From contig CBDBDQ010000005.1 of the NCBI GenBank assembly GCA_965203905.1, positions 3,264,001 through 3,328,000 on the forward strand: a stretch of DNA of 64,000 nt. Reading direction: 5' to 3'. This DNA is from Spirochaetia bacterium. GTDB lineage: Bacteria > Spirochaetota > Spirochaetia > SZUA-6 > Bin103. Shown piece after piece: positions 19,681 through 32,244 of the stretch (the stretch's first letter is position 1; the number at the start of each line of letters is the position of its first letter). The notes under the pieces were generated by a model. The model was not told the origin of the DNA. It saw only the letters and a program-made list of their open reading frames with translations, and searched no databases. The position numbers and the translations under genes are program-made.

Positions 19681-20943
19681 CTAACCGGTCGCCGGGGCTG
19701 CCGCGGCCGCCCCGGCGGCGCGGAACGGGTGCCGCGGATCGGCGGCCTCGGAGAACGCAGCGCCATTCACAACTGGCAAGGAGAGTGCCGCATGCTGTCC
19801 GTCGAGCGGGTTCGGCTCGCGCCACAGGTGGCCGTCCCAGGTGCGCACCACCACCTCGTCGCCGGCGCGCCCCAGGAGGTACTGCGGCGCTAGCGGCACC
19901 TTGCCGTAGGGAGTGTCCAGCACGTAGGTGGGCACGCCGAAGCCGGTGAGGTGGCCGCGCAGCCCCCGCATGACCTCCAGTCCACGCTCGATGGTGGTGC
20001 GCAGGTGGGAGGTGCCGGCGAGCAGTTGGCATTGGAAGACGTAGTAGGGCCGCACGCGCATGCGCAGCAGCCCGTGGATCAGGGCCCGCATCACGCCCAC
20101 GTCGTCGTTCACGCCCTTGAGCAGCACCGTCTGGTTGCCGAGCGGGATCCCCGCCGCAAGCAGCAGGTCGCACGCCCGCGCCGCCTCCGGGGTGAGCTCG
20201 CGCGGGTGGTTGAAGTGGGTGTTGAGCCACAGCGGGTGGTGGCGCGCGAGGATGCGGCACAGCTCGGGGGTGATGCGCTGCGGCAGGGTGCACGGCGTGC
20301 GGGTGCCGAAACGGATTATCTCGACGTGGTCGATGGCGCGCAGCCGGCCCAGCAGATCGTCCAGGCGTTCGTCGGAGAACAGGAACGGGTCGCCGCCGGT
20401 GACCAGCACGTCGCGGATGGCCGGGGTGCGGGCGATGTAGTCGATGCCCTGCTGCAGCTTGGCGCGCGTGTGATGCTCGTCATGATTGCCGACGAAGTAC
20501 TCGCGAAAGCAGTAGCGGCAGTAGGTGGGGCAGACGTTGGTGATCTTGAAGGCGACGCGGTCGGGGTACACGTGGACCACGGCGTCCACCGGCGAGTTGT
20601 CCAGTTCGGCCAGCGGGTCGGGCAGCCCCAGGTCGTCGTGCAGCTCCTGAACCGAGGGCACCTGCTGCAGCCGCAACGGGCAGGCGGGATCGGCGCGATC
20701 CATGAGGCTGGCGTAGTAGGGCGTGATGCTCCAGCGATACTGCGCCCCGGCGGCGCGAATCTGCGCCCGCTCGGCCTCGCTCAGACGCAGGTAGCGGCCC
20801 AACTCCTCCACCGTGGAGATGCGCTCTCGCATCTGCCAGCGCCAGTCGTCCCACTGCGCCGCGGTCGGCCGCTCGGTCGCTGTCGTGCCGGGCTCGCGCG
20901 GTTCTGCCGGCACCGCCGCCGAGTCCGCACGGGATCGCTGCAT
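19681..20943 (-). CDS. KamA family radical SAM aminomutase (lysine 2,3-aminomutase-like)
   Basis: [50 protein letters not shown] lysine. Confidence 0.9.
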   Translation of the reverse strand: MQRSRADSAAVPAEPREPGTTATERPTAAQWDDWRWQMRERISTVEELGRYLRLSEAERAQIRAAGAQYRWSITPYYASLMDRADPACPLRLQQVPSVQELHDDLGLPDPLAELDNSPVDAVVHVYPDRVAFKITNVCPTYCRYCFREYFVGNHDEHHTRAKLQQGIDYIARTPAIRDVLVTGGDPFLFSDERLDDLLGRLRAIDHVEIIRFGTRTPCTLPQRITPELCRILARHHPLWLNTHFNHPRELTPEAARACDLLLAAGIPLGNQTVLLKGVNDDVGVMRALIHGLLRMRVRPYYVFQCQLLAGTSHLRTTIERGLEVMRGLRGHLTGFGVPTYVLDTPYGKVPLAPQYLLGRAGDEVVVRTWDGHLWREPNPLDGQHAALSLPVVNGAAFSEAADPRHPFRAAGAAAAAPATG

Positions 20944-21137
20944 CGCTCCCCCCTCGCCGCAAATATAGCACGCCACCGTCCCGCGGTGACGCCGGGTGGC
21001 TATCAAAAGACGGCGCAAACTGACAAACTGCCGGAGTTCGGGCCCACGCGCACGCCACACCCTCAGCGCGTCGCGAGGAAGGCTGTGGTCGATACCGCAC
21101 CCGCGCCGGATCGACGACCATATTGCGGAGACTGAAG

Positions 21138-21458
21138 ATGATCACCTACAAGGGATACCAGGCAGCGATTTCATTTGATCATGCAGCCGAAGTCTTTCAC
21201 GGCGAAGCTGTCGGCACTCGTGACGTGATCTCTTTCGAGGCGACCTCCGTCGAGGAACTGAAGAAGGAGTTCCAATTCTCCATCGACGACTATCTGTCGA
21301 TGTGCGCGGAGCAGGGGCAGCCGCCTGACAAGCCGTTCTCCGGCAAGATTCCGTTACGGATCAGTCCGGCAGCTCACCGCGCCGCGACCGCTGCAGCCAA
21401 GGCCGAAGGAAAGAGCCTCAATGCCTGGCTGGCCGCGGTCGTCGAGCGAGCCGTGTAA
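21138..21458 (+). CDS. hicB: HicB family antitoxin (orphan)
   Basis: MITYKGY...F..S.DDYL..C...G..P.KPFSGK..LRI.P..H...A...G.SLN.W; GGAG RBS. Confidence 0.9.
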   Translation: MITYKGYQAAISFDHAAEVFHGEAVGTRDVISFEATSVEELKKEFQFSIDDYLSMCAEQGQPPDKPFSGKIPLRISPAAHRAATAAAKAEGKSLNAWLAAVVERAV

Positions 21459-21459
21459 G

Positions 21460-22041
21460 GTGCTCGAACAACGGCTGCGCTTCCTGCTGGAGGCCGACAA
21501 GCTGAAGCAGGTGCTGCGACGCAACGTGATCCTCGGCAAGCAGCGCCGGGAAAATTCCGCCGAGCACTCCTGGCACCTGACGCTGATGGCCCTGGTGCTG
21601 GTCGACCACGCCGCCGTCCGCGACCTGGACCTGCTGCGGGTCCTGAAGATGCTGGTGGTGCACGACCTGGTGGAGATCGACGCCGGCGACACCTTCGCCT
21701 ACGACGAGGCGGCCAGGCGGGATCAGCAGGAGCGCGAGGAACGCGCCGCCGAGCGCATCTTCGCGCTGCTGCCGGCGGAGCAGGCGGCCGAGATGCGCGA
21801 CCTGTGGGACGAGTTCGAAGCGTCGCAAAGCCCGGAGGCACAGTTCGCCCTGGCCCTGGACCGCTTGCAGCCGATGCTCCTCAACTACTTCAACGGCGGT
21901 CCGGGCTGGCAGGAGCACCGCGTGACGGCGCGCCAGGTGCGGGCCGTCAACGCCTGCATGGAACGCGGCTCCCCGGAGCTGTGGAACTACGCGCGCGGAT
22001 TGGTCGACGACGCCGTCGAGCGCGGCTTCCTCGCGCCATGA
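21460..22041 (+). CDS. HD-domain phosphohydrolase (YfbR/HD_3-like)
   Basis: ENSAEHSWH, HDLVEIDAGD, EF, ALDRLQP. Confidence 0.9.
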   Translation: MLEQRLRFLLEADKLKQVLRRNVILGKQRRENSAEHSWHLTLMALVLVDHAAVRDLDLLRVLKMLVVHDLVEIDAGDTFAYDEAARRDQQEREERAAERIFALLPAEQAAEMRDLWDEFEASQSPEAQFALALDRLQPMLLNYFNGGPGWQEHRVTARQVRAVNACMERGSPELWNYARGLVDDAVERGFLAP

Positions 22042-22044
22042 GAA

Positions 22045-22360
22045 GAAACCCTTGAACTCGCCGCCGTTATCCGAATGGACCGCCAACAGCTCGAAGGGGA
22101 GCAGGTGGCGCACCACCAGGAGTTGCTGGAACGCCCATTTTCTGAACCTTGTTGTGCGCCGCGCGGAACTCCGTCGACTGGGTGCGGCGGTCCGTGGCCA
22201 TAGCGTGTAAACATTGTGTAAACAAACTCACCGGTCGTGGCCCCGCCGTCGTCGCCGACCAGATCAAGACCCAGGGTGCCGAGCGCGACATCCTCCCACT
22301 CGCTGAAGGTGCGGATCGGGATATGCAGCATCAGGCTGCCGGTGGGCCGCTTCATATGAG
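22045..22360 (-). pseudogene. Degraded DDE integrase-core transposase remnant
   Basis: Fragments IPIRTFSEW..LGLDLVGDDGGATTGEFVYT and LPFELLAVHSDNGGEF in different frames. Confidence 0.7.
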
Positions 22361-22500
22361 GTGCGCAGCAGCCGATCGATGGTAGCTGCGCTGATGCAAC
22401 TCCAGCTTGGCGCGCAACTCGGGGGGTTGAGCGCGATCTTGCGCCTGCTGCGTACATCGCAACGCTCGTAGTTCGGTCATCGCCCTGACGATGTGAATTT

Positions 22501-23033
22501 TTTCATCAATTTGTTGTAGAGAAAATATTTAGTGGCGCCGGTTTCCACAGTGTGCCTAGGAGAAACGTTCCATCGCGAAATGGCGAAACTTGTAGATTCG
22601 CGAACTTTCCGCCAATTCGCGACTTCGCCAGAGGAATTCGGTGCTTGGGCGAGGATTTCGGATCAACCCTGATCCTCGCCCCACATGTTGAATCTTTGCA
22701 CAAACCTTTGTAGGGCATCGATTTGTGTTCCCAAGGTTCTATAGACTAGATGACACTCCATCAGTCCGTTCGCGAAATGGCGGATCTCTTGTGGGTTTCG
22801 CGAACTGACACGCCAATTCGTGAATTTGACCGGATTGGTCCCTATCTCATTGCCATAGGATGCTACTGTTTCACCAATTTGTTGTAGATAGACGATTTAA
22901 TAGCGCCGGTTCTACAGTATGCACAGAAGGCCGATCCGTCGCGAATTGGCGAACTTGCAGATTTCGAGAAACCCGTCGCCGATTCGCGACTTCGCGAGAG
23001 AAAATTCGCTGCTTAGGCGAAGTCTGGGGTCAA
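22501..23033. repeat. Imperfect direct repeat of about 165 bp (22501-22666, 22869-23033) plus a third partial copy (about 22766-22828), each with an inverted-repeat core
   Basis: Shared TTTCAyCAATTTGTTGTAGA, GCGCCGGTT, TCGCGAAwTGGCG...CGCCrATTCGyGA, TGCTTrGGCGA. Confidence 0.8.
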
Positions 23034-23081
23034 AAGCGAGGGATTGACAGATGCGTTGGTGCCGGCCACGATGTCCGTGAG

Positions 23082-24119
23082 ATGACACGAGACCCGAAAC
23101 CATACGTCTTGACCATGTGTCTTGCGGTGGCGCTACTTTCCTGCCGCGGGCCGGCACTAGCGGATCCGGAACCGGCCGCTGACCCTGACTGCAACGGCAT
23201 TGATCGGCCATTGGTTTTCGCCGGCCTCGGCTGGGGAAGCGCTCAGCTCCACAACCACATCGCCGGCCAGATCCTGCACGCGGGTTTCGGCTGCGAGTAC
23301 GCGGACACACCGGGATCGACCACTCTATCGGTGCAGCGACTGGTACGCGGCGAGATTGACATCACCATGGAGATCTGGGTCAACTCCGCCCCCGATATAT
23401 TCCGTGACGCGGTCGCCGCCGGCGATGTGCTTGACCTTGGCCTGAACATGACCGCCCTTGAGATGTCGTTCCTGGTGCCGCGCTACGTGATCGAGGGAGA
23501 TCCGGAGCGCGGCATCGAGCCGATGGCGCCCGATCTGAAGTCGGTGGCAGATCTGCCGCGCTACATACACGTTTTCCAAGATCCCGAGCAGCCGGACAAG
23601 GGCCGCTACTACAATTGCCCCGTCGGCTGGAACTGCGCGGAGATCAACACCATGAAGCTGGCCGCGTACGGCCTTGAGGAATACTATACCAACGTTCGTC
23701 TGGACACTAACGCCGCGCTGGTTGCGGCAATTTCCGGCGCTTACGAGCGGGGCGAAGCGTGGCTCGGTTACTACTGGAGCCCGACTCCGTGGATCGGTCT
23801 CTACCCCATGATCCAACTCGAAGAACCGGAGTGGACTCAGGAGTGCTGGGACGGCGACCGTGGCTGCGCGTTTGCACCCGCGATCGTCGACATTGCCGTA
23901 AGCAAAGGATTTTCCGACAGCGCCTCGAAAGAGATGATCGAGTTCCTGCGCGCGTACGAGATGGACCACATGCTGGTCAGCGCGTATCTCGCTTACCAGA
24001 GCACCACCGACGCGGAATGGGTTGATATTGCGCGTCACTTCCTGAAGACCGAGCCCGAAGTGTGGACCGCCTGGGTGTCCGACGAGGTAGCCAGCCGTGT
24101 ACGGGCGGTATTCAACTAA
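23082..24119 (+). CDS. Glycine betaine/proline ABC transporter substrate-binding protein (ProX/OpuAC-like), orphan
   Basis: Signal peptide, W.S, GEIDI.MEIW, VPRYVIEGD, CPVGWNC, YYWSPT. Confidence 0.85.
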   Translation: MTRDPKPYVLTMCLAVALLSCRGPALADPEPAADPDCNGIDRPLVFAGLGWGSAQLHNHIAGQILHAGFGCEYADTPGSTTLSVQRLVRGEIDITMEIWVNSAPDIFRDAVAAGDVLDLGLNMTALEMSFLVPRYVIEGDPERGIEPMAPDLKSVADLPRYIHVFQDPEQPDKGRYYNCPVGWNCAEINTMKLAAYGLEEYYTNVRLDTNAALVAAISGAYERGEAWLGYYWSPTPWIGLYPMIQLEEPEWTQECWDGDRGCAFAPAIVDIAVSKGFSDSASKEMIEFLRAYEMDHMLVSAYLAYQSTTDAEWVDIARHFLKTEPEVWTAWVSDEVASRVRAVFN

Positions 24120-24629
24120 TCTGGCGACCGGTGATCTCTTTACACAGGAACGGACGGCTGAAGCGCTACTGCCGACGGTTCTTTGCTGTCGGCAGTTACT
24201 GTCTACCAGATCCAGCATCGCTTCGCCGTAGCCCGTGACTGTTTCTCTCTTGCGCGACGCATGATTCCGCGCGGCGTACGCGCTTTCCTCTGCTGCCGCT
24301 CTTGCGCACGCTTTGGCGGACAGGATTGCGCGAGGACGGTTTCGTCGGACGACCGGCGCTCGCTCAGATCGTGTTTGCGGACGAGGGCAACCGCGAGCGC
24401 TGCGCCCGTGAGGGCATCGGTGACTACTCGCAGTTTCTGAACGCATGCCTTGCTCGCAGGGCGGCGTCGTGGCGTGGATCGGCACCGGACCACCATGCAA
24501 CGGGATCGAACTGATCCGCGGCTCCGGCGGCGACCCTGCCGGCTGGGCGCACCCGGTGTGGAACACGCGAACGGCGCTGGAGATGCTGGAGTTGACGCTG
24601 GGGGGCTGGTGAAGTCGGACTCGGCGGCC

Positions 24630-24825
24630 TCATAGTGTTCTACGGTGCCACCAGCGTCTCATCCTCCGTCCACGCCGGCGCCGACAACCGGTACGTCCCC
24701 CGCCAGTTGCAGACCTCGCAGCGGCGGCTTCAGGTAGTGTCCTGTCGGTCGTACTGCCAGTTACTCCTGCACGTCCAGTGCCTCGTACACACGCGCTTCG
24801 ACCCCTCGTCGAAGGTGACTTGTCC
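24630..24825 (-). pseudogene. Uma2/DUF820 family endonuclease remnant
   Basis: Minus-strand fragments TFDEGSKR / YEALDVQE* / WQYD / PTGHYLKPPLRGLQLAG with frameshifts and a stop. Confidence 0.55.
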
Positions 24826-24902
24826 TCTGGAGCAACTTTCGATCAGACACCTGTTCCCGAGGTCTGTGAAGCGCTACGATGAGAGTGACCGAGGATTGAA
24901 CC

Positions 24903-25631
24903 ATGGAACGACGCAGCAACATCGCTTCGGGTCTGGTGGCCGCGGCCGCGCTCCTGGTGGCGGCCGCCGCCTGGGCGCAGAGCGAGGGACCGCCGGAGTT
25001 CAGCTACGGCAGCATACCGTTCGGGGAGAACGCGCGGCTGGTGCTGCGTGACCTCAGCGGCGCCACCGTGTCCGACGAGGGTGCGGAGGCGCATTTCATC
25101 GGGCAGTACGAGGTGCTGCCCGACTTCTTCAGTGCCGGGTTGGAGAAGAACCTGCTCGGGATGTCGCAGCTCAACGTGGCGATCACCCGCATGTACCAGG
25201 TCTCCTACTCCGGGTGGAACAACGTGGTCGCCCTGGAGCTGTACTTCTTTCGCGAGCACGATGCTCCCGACGAGCTCACCTCCTACCGCCTGTTCCTGAT
25301 GCGCAAGACGCTGGACACCGGCGGCACCGGGGACCATACCGAGGTTGCCGAGATCCTCGAGGAGGCGATCAGCGGCAGCCTCGAGGCCGAACCGGAGAGC
25401 TACGACGTGAAGTACCTCGCCGGACTGCCGGCGCGGCTCTCCGTGTGGGAGGCCCCTGAGAGCGACATCTTCCTGCTGGTGTTCCAGAACATCTTCAGCG
25501 CCGGCGACGCCGACATCCTGTACCGCCACCGTGGCCTGTGGAGCAGCTACGTCGCCGCCTCGCAACGGCAGCAGGAGGCGGAGAAGAGCACCGGCACCGA
25601 ACAGACCCGCTCCGCCGGCAGCAGTTTCTGA
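24903..25631 (+). CDS. Secreted hypothetical protein
   Basis: Signal peptide ending AWA-Q; host-like codon usage; GAGG RBS. Confidence 0.7.
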   Translation: MERRSNIASGLVAAAALLVAAAAWAQSEGPPEFSYGSIPFGENARLVLRDLSGATVSDEGAEAHFIGQYEVLPDFFSAGLEKNLLGMSQLNVAITRMYQVSYSGWNNVVALELYFFREHDAPDELTSYRLFLMRKTLDTGGTGDHTEVAEILEEAISGSLEAEPESYDVKYLAGLPARLSVWEAPESDIFLLVFQNIFSAGDADILYRHRGLWSSYVAASQRQQEAEKSTGTEQTRSAGSSF

Positions 25632-25658
25632 CAGCCACCCTTCTGATGGCCGCCGTTG

Positions 25659-28912
<3,254 letters not shown>

Positions 28913-28916
<4 letters not shown>

Positions 28917-30433
28917 TCCACCCATCCCTGGCGGTACCAGCGTCCGGTCAGGCGGTCGTGGTAGATCCACTCCAGGGTGCCGTCGGGGGAGCGCAGGAAG
29001 TAGTAGGCGCGGTCGGCGCCGCCTCCTCCCCGCGGCCCCGCGGCGAGCCACCAGCCGCTGGAGATCAGGAACGGGCCGCGATAGGCGGCCAGCTCTCCGG
29101 AGCCGGCCCTCGGCGCCGGGATCTTCACCGGCTGCGCCAGCACCCGGCGCACCAGCGGCGCCGCCTCCCGCTCCGTGGACCGGGGCCGCGGCGCCGCCAG
29201 CTCGGCGACGGGCTGCCAGCGGAACTGCGCTTCCGGCAGATGTTCCTGTGCCAACACGGCGCGCGCCACCGCGGCGTTGCCGAACTCGGCACGGATGCTG
29301 GCCAGCGCCGCGGAGCCGGCCGCCAGGTCGCGCCGCTGGCTGGTGCGGAACAGCTCCGCCTGACCTGCCGGCAGCGGGCTGGCGCGGACCTCCAGGGTCA
29401 GCTCCTCCACGCCGGCGCTCAGGTCCAGTGCGCGCAGGCGCAGCGCCAACAGCTCCGCCAGGCGGCGGCGCTCGCGGGTGGGAAACGCGGGACGCACCCG
29501 CTCCCGCCGCCACGAGCCATCTTCCAACAGGAGCTGCAGCTCCATCTCGGCCACGGCACGCTCCTCCTGCTGCAGGCGTCCGAGCAGCGGGTCGAGCAGC
29601 GCCTCGGCGTGGCGCTGCAGCCGCTCGGCATCGGTCTCGCGATACGCCAGCCGTTTGCGTTGCCGGAGCGGGGAGTCCGGTGGTGTGCCCTGCACGGGCA
29701 GCTCCAGAGTGGCGCGGGCGGACCGCTGCAGCTCTGCTACCGGGAGCCCGAAGCGGTGCAGCAACTCGGCATGGGGAAGCTCGAGAAAGTCGTCGGTCGT
29801 GACCACGTCCAGCTTCTCCAGCAGGTCCCGCACCTCCGCTTCCAGGGGTAGCCGTTCCAGCGGGACGCGGCGCGCGGCGGCGTGCTCGGCGGCGGCGTCG
29901 GGCACTACCAGCCAGTGGCGCCGCCGGTGCGGTGCGTTCCCGTGCGGCGCTGCCAGCTCGCGGGCGAGCAGGAAGGTGCCGAGACGGGTATGTCCCAGCA
30001 CCACCGTCGCGAGCAGCCGGAGCGCACGCAGGCGGCGCTGAATGGTGCGCGCCAGCGCCGCGGCGGAGGGGTAGTGGCGGCGCAGTCCGCCCGTCTCCAG
30101 CCAGAACACCCCCTGGTCGCCCCAGCCGGCTCCGCCCCACTCGATGCGCGGGCTGATCGACCGCAGCCGTCCCTCGATGAGCCGCACCCCGTCCGCGATC
30201 TCCTCGGCGGAGATGGTCGCCGCGTGCAGATGGGGCAGCAGGGAGAGTGCCGCGGCGTAGCGCATCCCGACCCGCACCCCGGCCTCGCGCGCCGCCCGAT
30301 TTACGGTCACCACGGTGCCGCGGGGCGTGTCTTCGCTGACTACCGCGGCCGGCCGCCGCCGCCACTCGGGGTGGCGCCGGAACAGCAACTGCAGCGGCAG
30401 GGCCGCGACGTCAACACAGGCCGTGGGGGGCAC
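28913..30433 (-). CDS. imuB: ImuB, inactive Y-family polymerase
   Basis: A...GVRVGM...A, no catalytic DE, QAELF clamp-binding-like motif, GPFLISSGWW, RAYY, WY..GW. Confidence 0.9.
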
Positions 30434-31064
30434 GGTAGCTGGCGGCCAGCGCCCGGCCGGGGCCGCGCTGCCGGTCCTTGGATACGCGGATGCCGCAGCG
30501 CAGGCAGCCCGCCTGCGGCGTCGCGTCGCGAAACGCCCGGCCGCGCAGCGCGATCAGCGAACCGAGGGTGGCACCGGGGGCGGGCGTGGTGAGGCACAGC
30601 AGGGCGCTGTCGTGGCGCCGCGCCAGGCGTGCCAGCCGGCCCAGGAACGGCGCCGGGATGGCGAGGCGGGCGCCGAGTTCCAGCACCACCAGCCCGAAGG
30701 CGCCGCTGCGGGTGAGGCGGTCGGCGGCGCTGGCCACGGCGTGCAGGTCGGGGACGGTCACCACCGGCAGCGCCGCCAGATCGACCCCGCCGCGGGCGAC
30801 GTCCGGCGGGAAGAAGGTGTCGCGGGTGGTGGTGACCCAGGCCACCGGTTCGGCGGCACGCTGATAGGCCCGGATCATGGCGCAGGCGAGGGTCAGATGC
30901 GCGCCATGAGGATCGGCGGCCAGTTCGCACAGGCGTCCGGCGAGTTCCTCGGGGTGCCACAGGCCGGTGGCGCGGCCTTCCCGTGGCTGGAAGCCGCGTT
31001 CGCCGGTCAGCGCGCTGGCTCGCAGCACCCGGTGCCGATGCCGGTGCAGGGGAGCGCCGGTCAT
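30411..31064 (-). CDS. imuA: ImuA, RecA-like protein with degenerate Walker A
   Basis: GRLCEL, FFPPD...GVDL, RSGAFGLVVL; position between lexA and imuB. Confidence 0.85.
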   Translation of the reverse strand: MTGAPLHRHRHRVLRASALTGERGFQPREGRATGLWHPEELAGRLCELAADPHGAHLTLACAMIRAYQRAAEPVAWVTTTRDTFFPPDVARGGVDLAALPVVTVPDLHAVASAADRLTRSGAFGLVVLELGARLAIPAPFLGRLARLARRHDSALLCLTTPAPGATLGSLIALRGRAFRDATPQAGCLRCGIRVSKDRQRGPGRALAASYRAPHGLC

Positions 31065-31702
31065 AGCTCCGGCGGGAGCAGCGCGCCGCCTTCCAGGTAG
31101 CGGCGCACCTCGATCACCTTGCCCAGGATCCGCACCTGGGAGGGGTCGGGTACGATAGGATCGAACGCCGGATTGGCGGGATGCAGCTCGATGCGTCCCG
31201 CGTGCAGCTTGAGCCGCTTCACCGTGGCCTCGTCCTCCACCAGGGCGACGACGATTTCCCCGGAGAGCGCGCTCTCCTGCCGGTGCACGATCACCATGTC
31301 GCCCGGCAGGATGGCGGCGTCGCGCATGCTCTCGCCGCGCACCCGCAGGGCGAACAGCTCGTCGCGTGCCCTGGTGGACTGCACCGGCAGATAGCCGTCG
31401 GGGTGTTCGCTGGCGGTGGTGAGGGCGCCGGCCTGCACCCGTCCCAGCAGCGGCACCAGGACGGTGGGGTGGGCGGAGCGGGCCGGCAGCCGGTAGCCGC
31501 GCGCCTTGCCCGGTTCCTTGTCCAGCAAGCCGTCGCGCACCAGTGCCTCCAGGTAGTCGCGCGCCGACTGCACGGCCCGGAAGCCGAAGTGCGCCTGCAC
31601 CTCGCGGGTGGTGGGCGGCGTCCCGGAGAGAATCCGGTCGCGCACGAACAGGAAGATGCGCCGCTTGCGTTCGCCGGAGCGTGATCGGGGGGCGGTAGCC
31701 AT
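31061..31702 (-). CDS. lexA: LexA repressor
   Basis: PPTTRE HTH, GRVQAG cleavage site, GESM serine, ATVK lysine. Confidence 0.95.
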   Translation of the reverse strand: MATAPRSRSGERKRRIFLFVRDRILSGTPPTTREVQAHFGFRAVQSARDYLEALVRDGLLDKEPGKARGYRLPARSAHPTVLVPLLGRVQAGALTTASEHPDGYLPVQSTRARDELFALRVRGESMRDAAILPGDMVIVHRQESALSGEIVVALVEDEATVKRLKLHAGRIELHPANPAFDPIVPDPSQVRILGKVIEVRRYLEGGALLPPEL

Positions 31703-31710
31703 GGAGGCAC

Positions 31711-31739
31711 CTTATGCAGACAAATGTCTGTTATGTCAA
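31711..31739 (-). promoter_or_regulatory. Sigma70-type promoter of the lexA operon containing a palindromic operator
   Basis: Minus strand TTGACA-17 nt-CATAAG; spacer contains CAGACA-TT-TGTCTG (31717-31730); -10 ends 8 nt before the ATG. Confidence 0.75.
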
Positions 31740-31784
31740 GTGGGTAGTCGACGGATCAGGCAGCCGGGGTTCAGTCTCCAGCAG

Positions 31785-32051
31785 CTACAGATAGGCTGCC
31801 GAGAAGGTCCAGGATGTCCGTCTCCCAGAGCCGGTCACCCGGGATACGTGGTAGGTCTTGTCCGCGAAGCCGTCCTTGCGGAACACGATCTCATGTTCCT
31901 CCTGGCGCAACGCGACCTCGACCGGCGTGGTGCCCACGTAGTAGCCGTCGAGGTACACCGCCGCTCTGGCCGGTACCGAGCCGATGTCCACGGTCGGCCT
32001 GCGGCGGCCGAACGTGGCGAGCTTTACCTTCATGCCGTACGTCGCTTCCAT
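31785..32051 (-). pseudogene. PEGA-domain protein fragment
   Basis: SVPARAAVYLDG..VGTTP...H.I.F.K.GF PEGA pattern; no signal peptide; likely frameshift near the 3' end. Confidence 0.55.
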
Positions 32052-32244
32052 GCTGCGGGCGGTCCTTCTTTATTCTCGGTTCGATGGAAACCTGGCTTCA
32101 CTCAAGTGATGGGGTTCCACCAGCTTGCGGGCCGCGGCCTGGTGACGTGGCGGCTGCTTTCGCAGGCAGTATACCGGGCCACCTGGCGGCGGTCACCGGT
32201 GGAACGGCCACTGTTTCCTGAGCGTCCGCAGCCAGCGTGCAGCG

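Noticed and set aside
22501-23033. Possible CRISPR array or integron attC sites
   Set aside because: Units are long and diverged with irregular spacing; no cas or intI gene and no clear attC core boxes.
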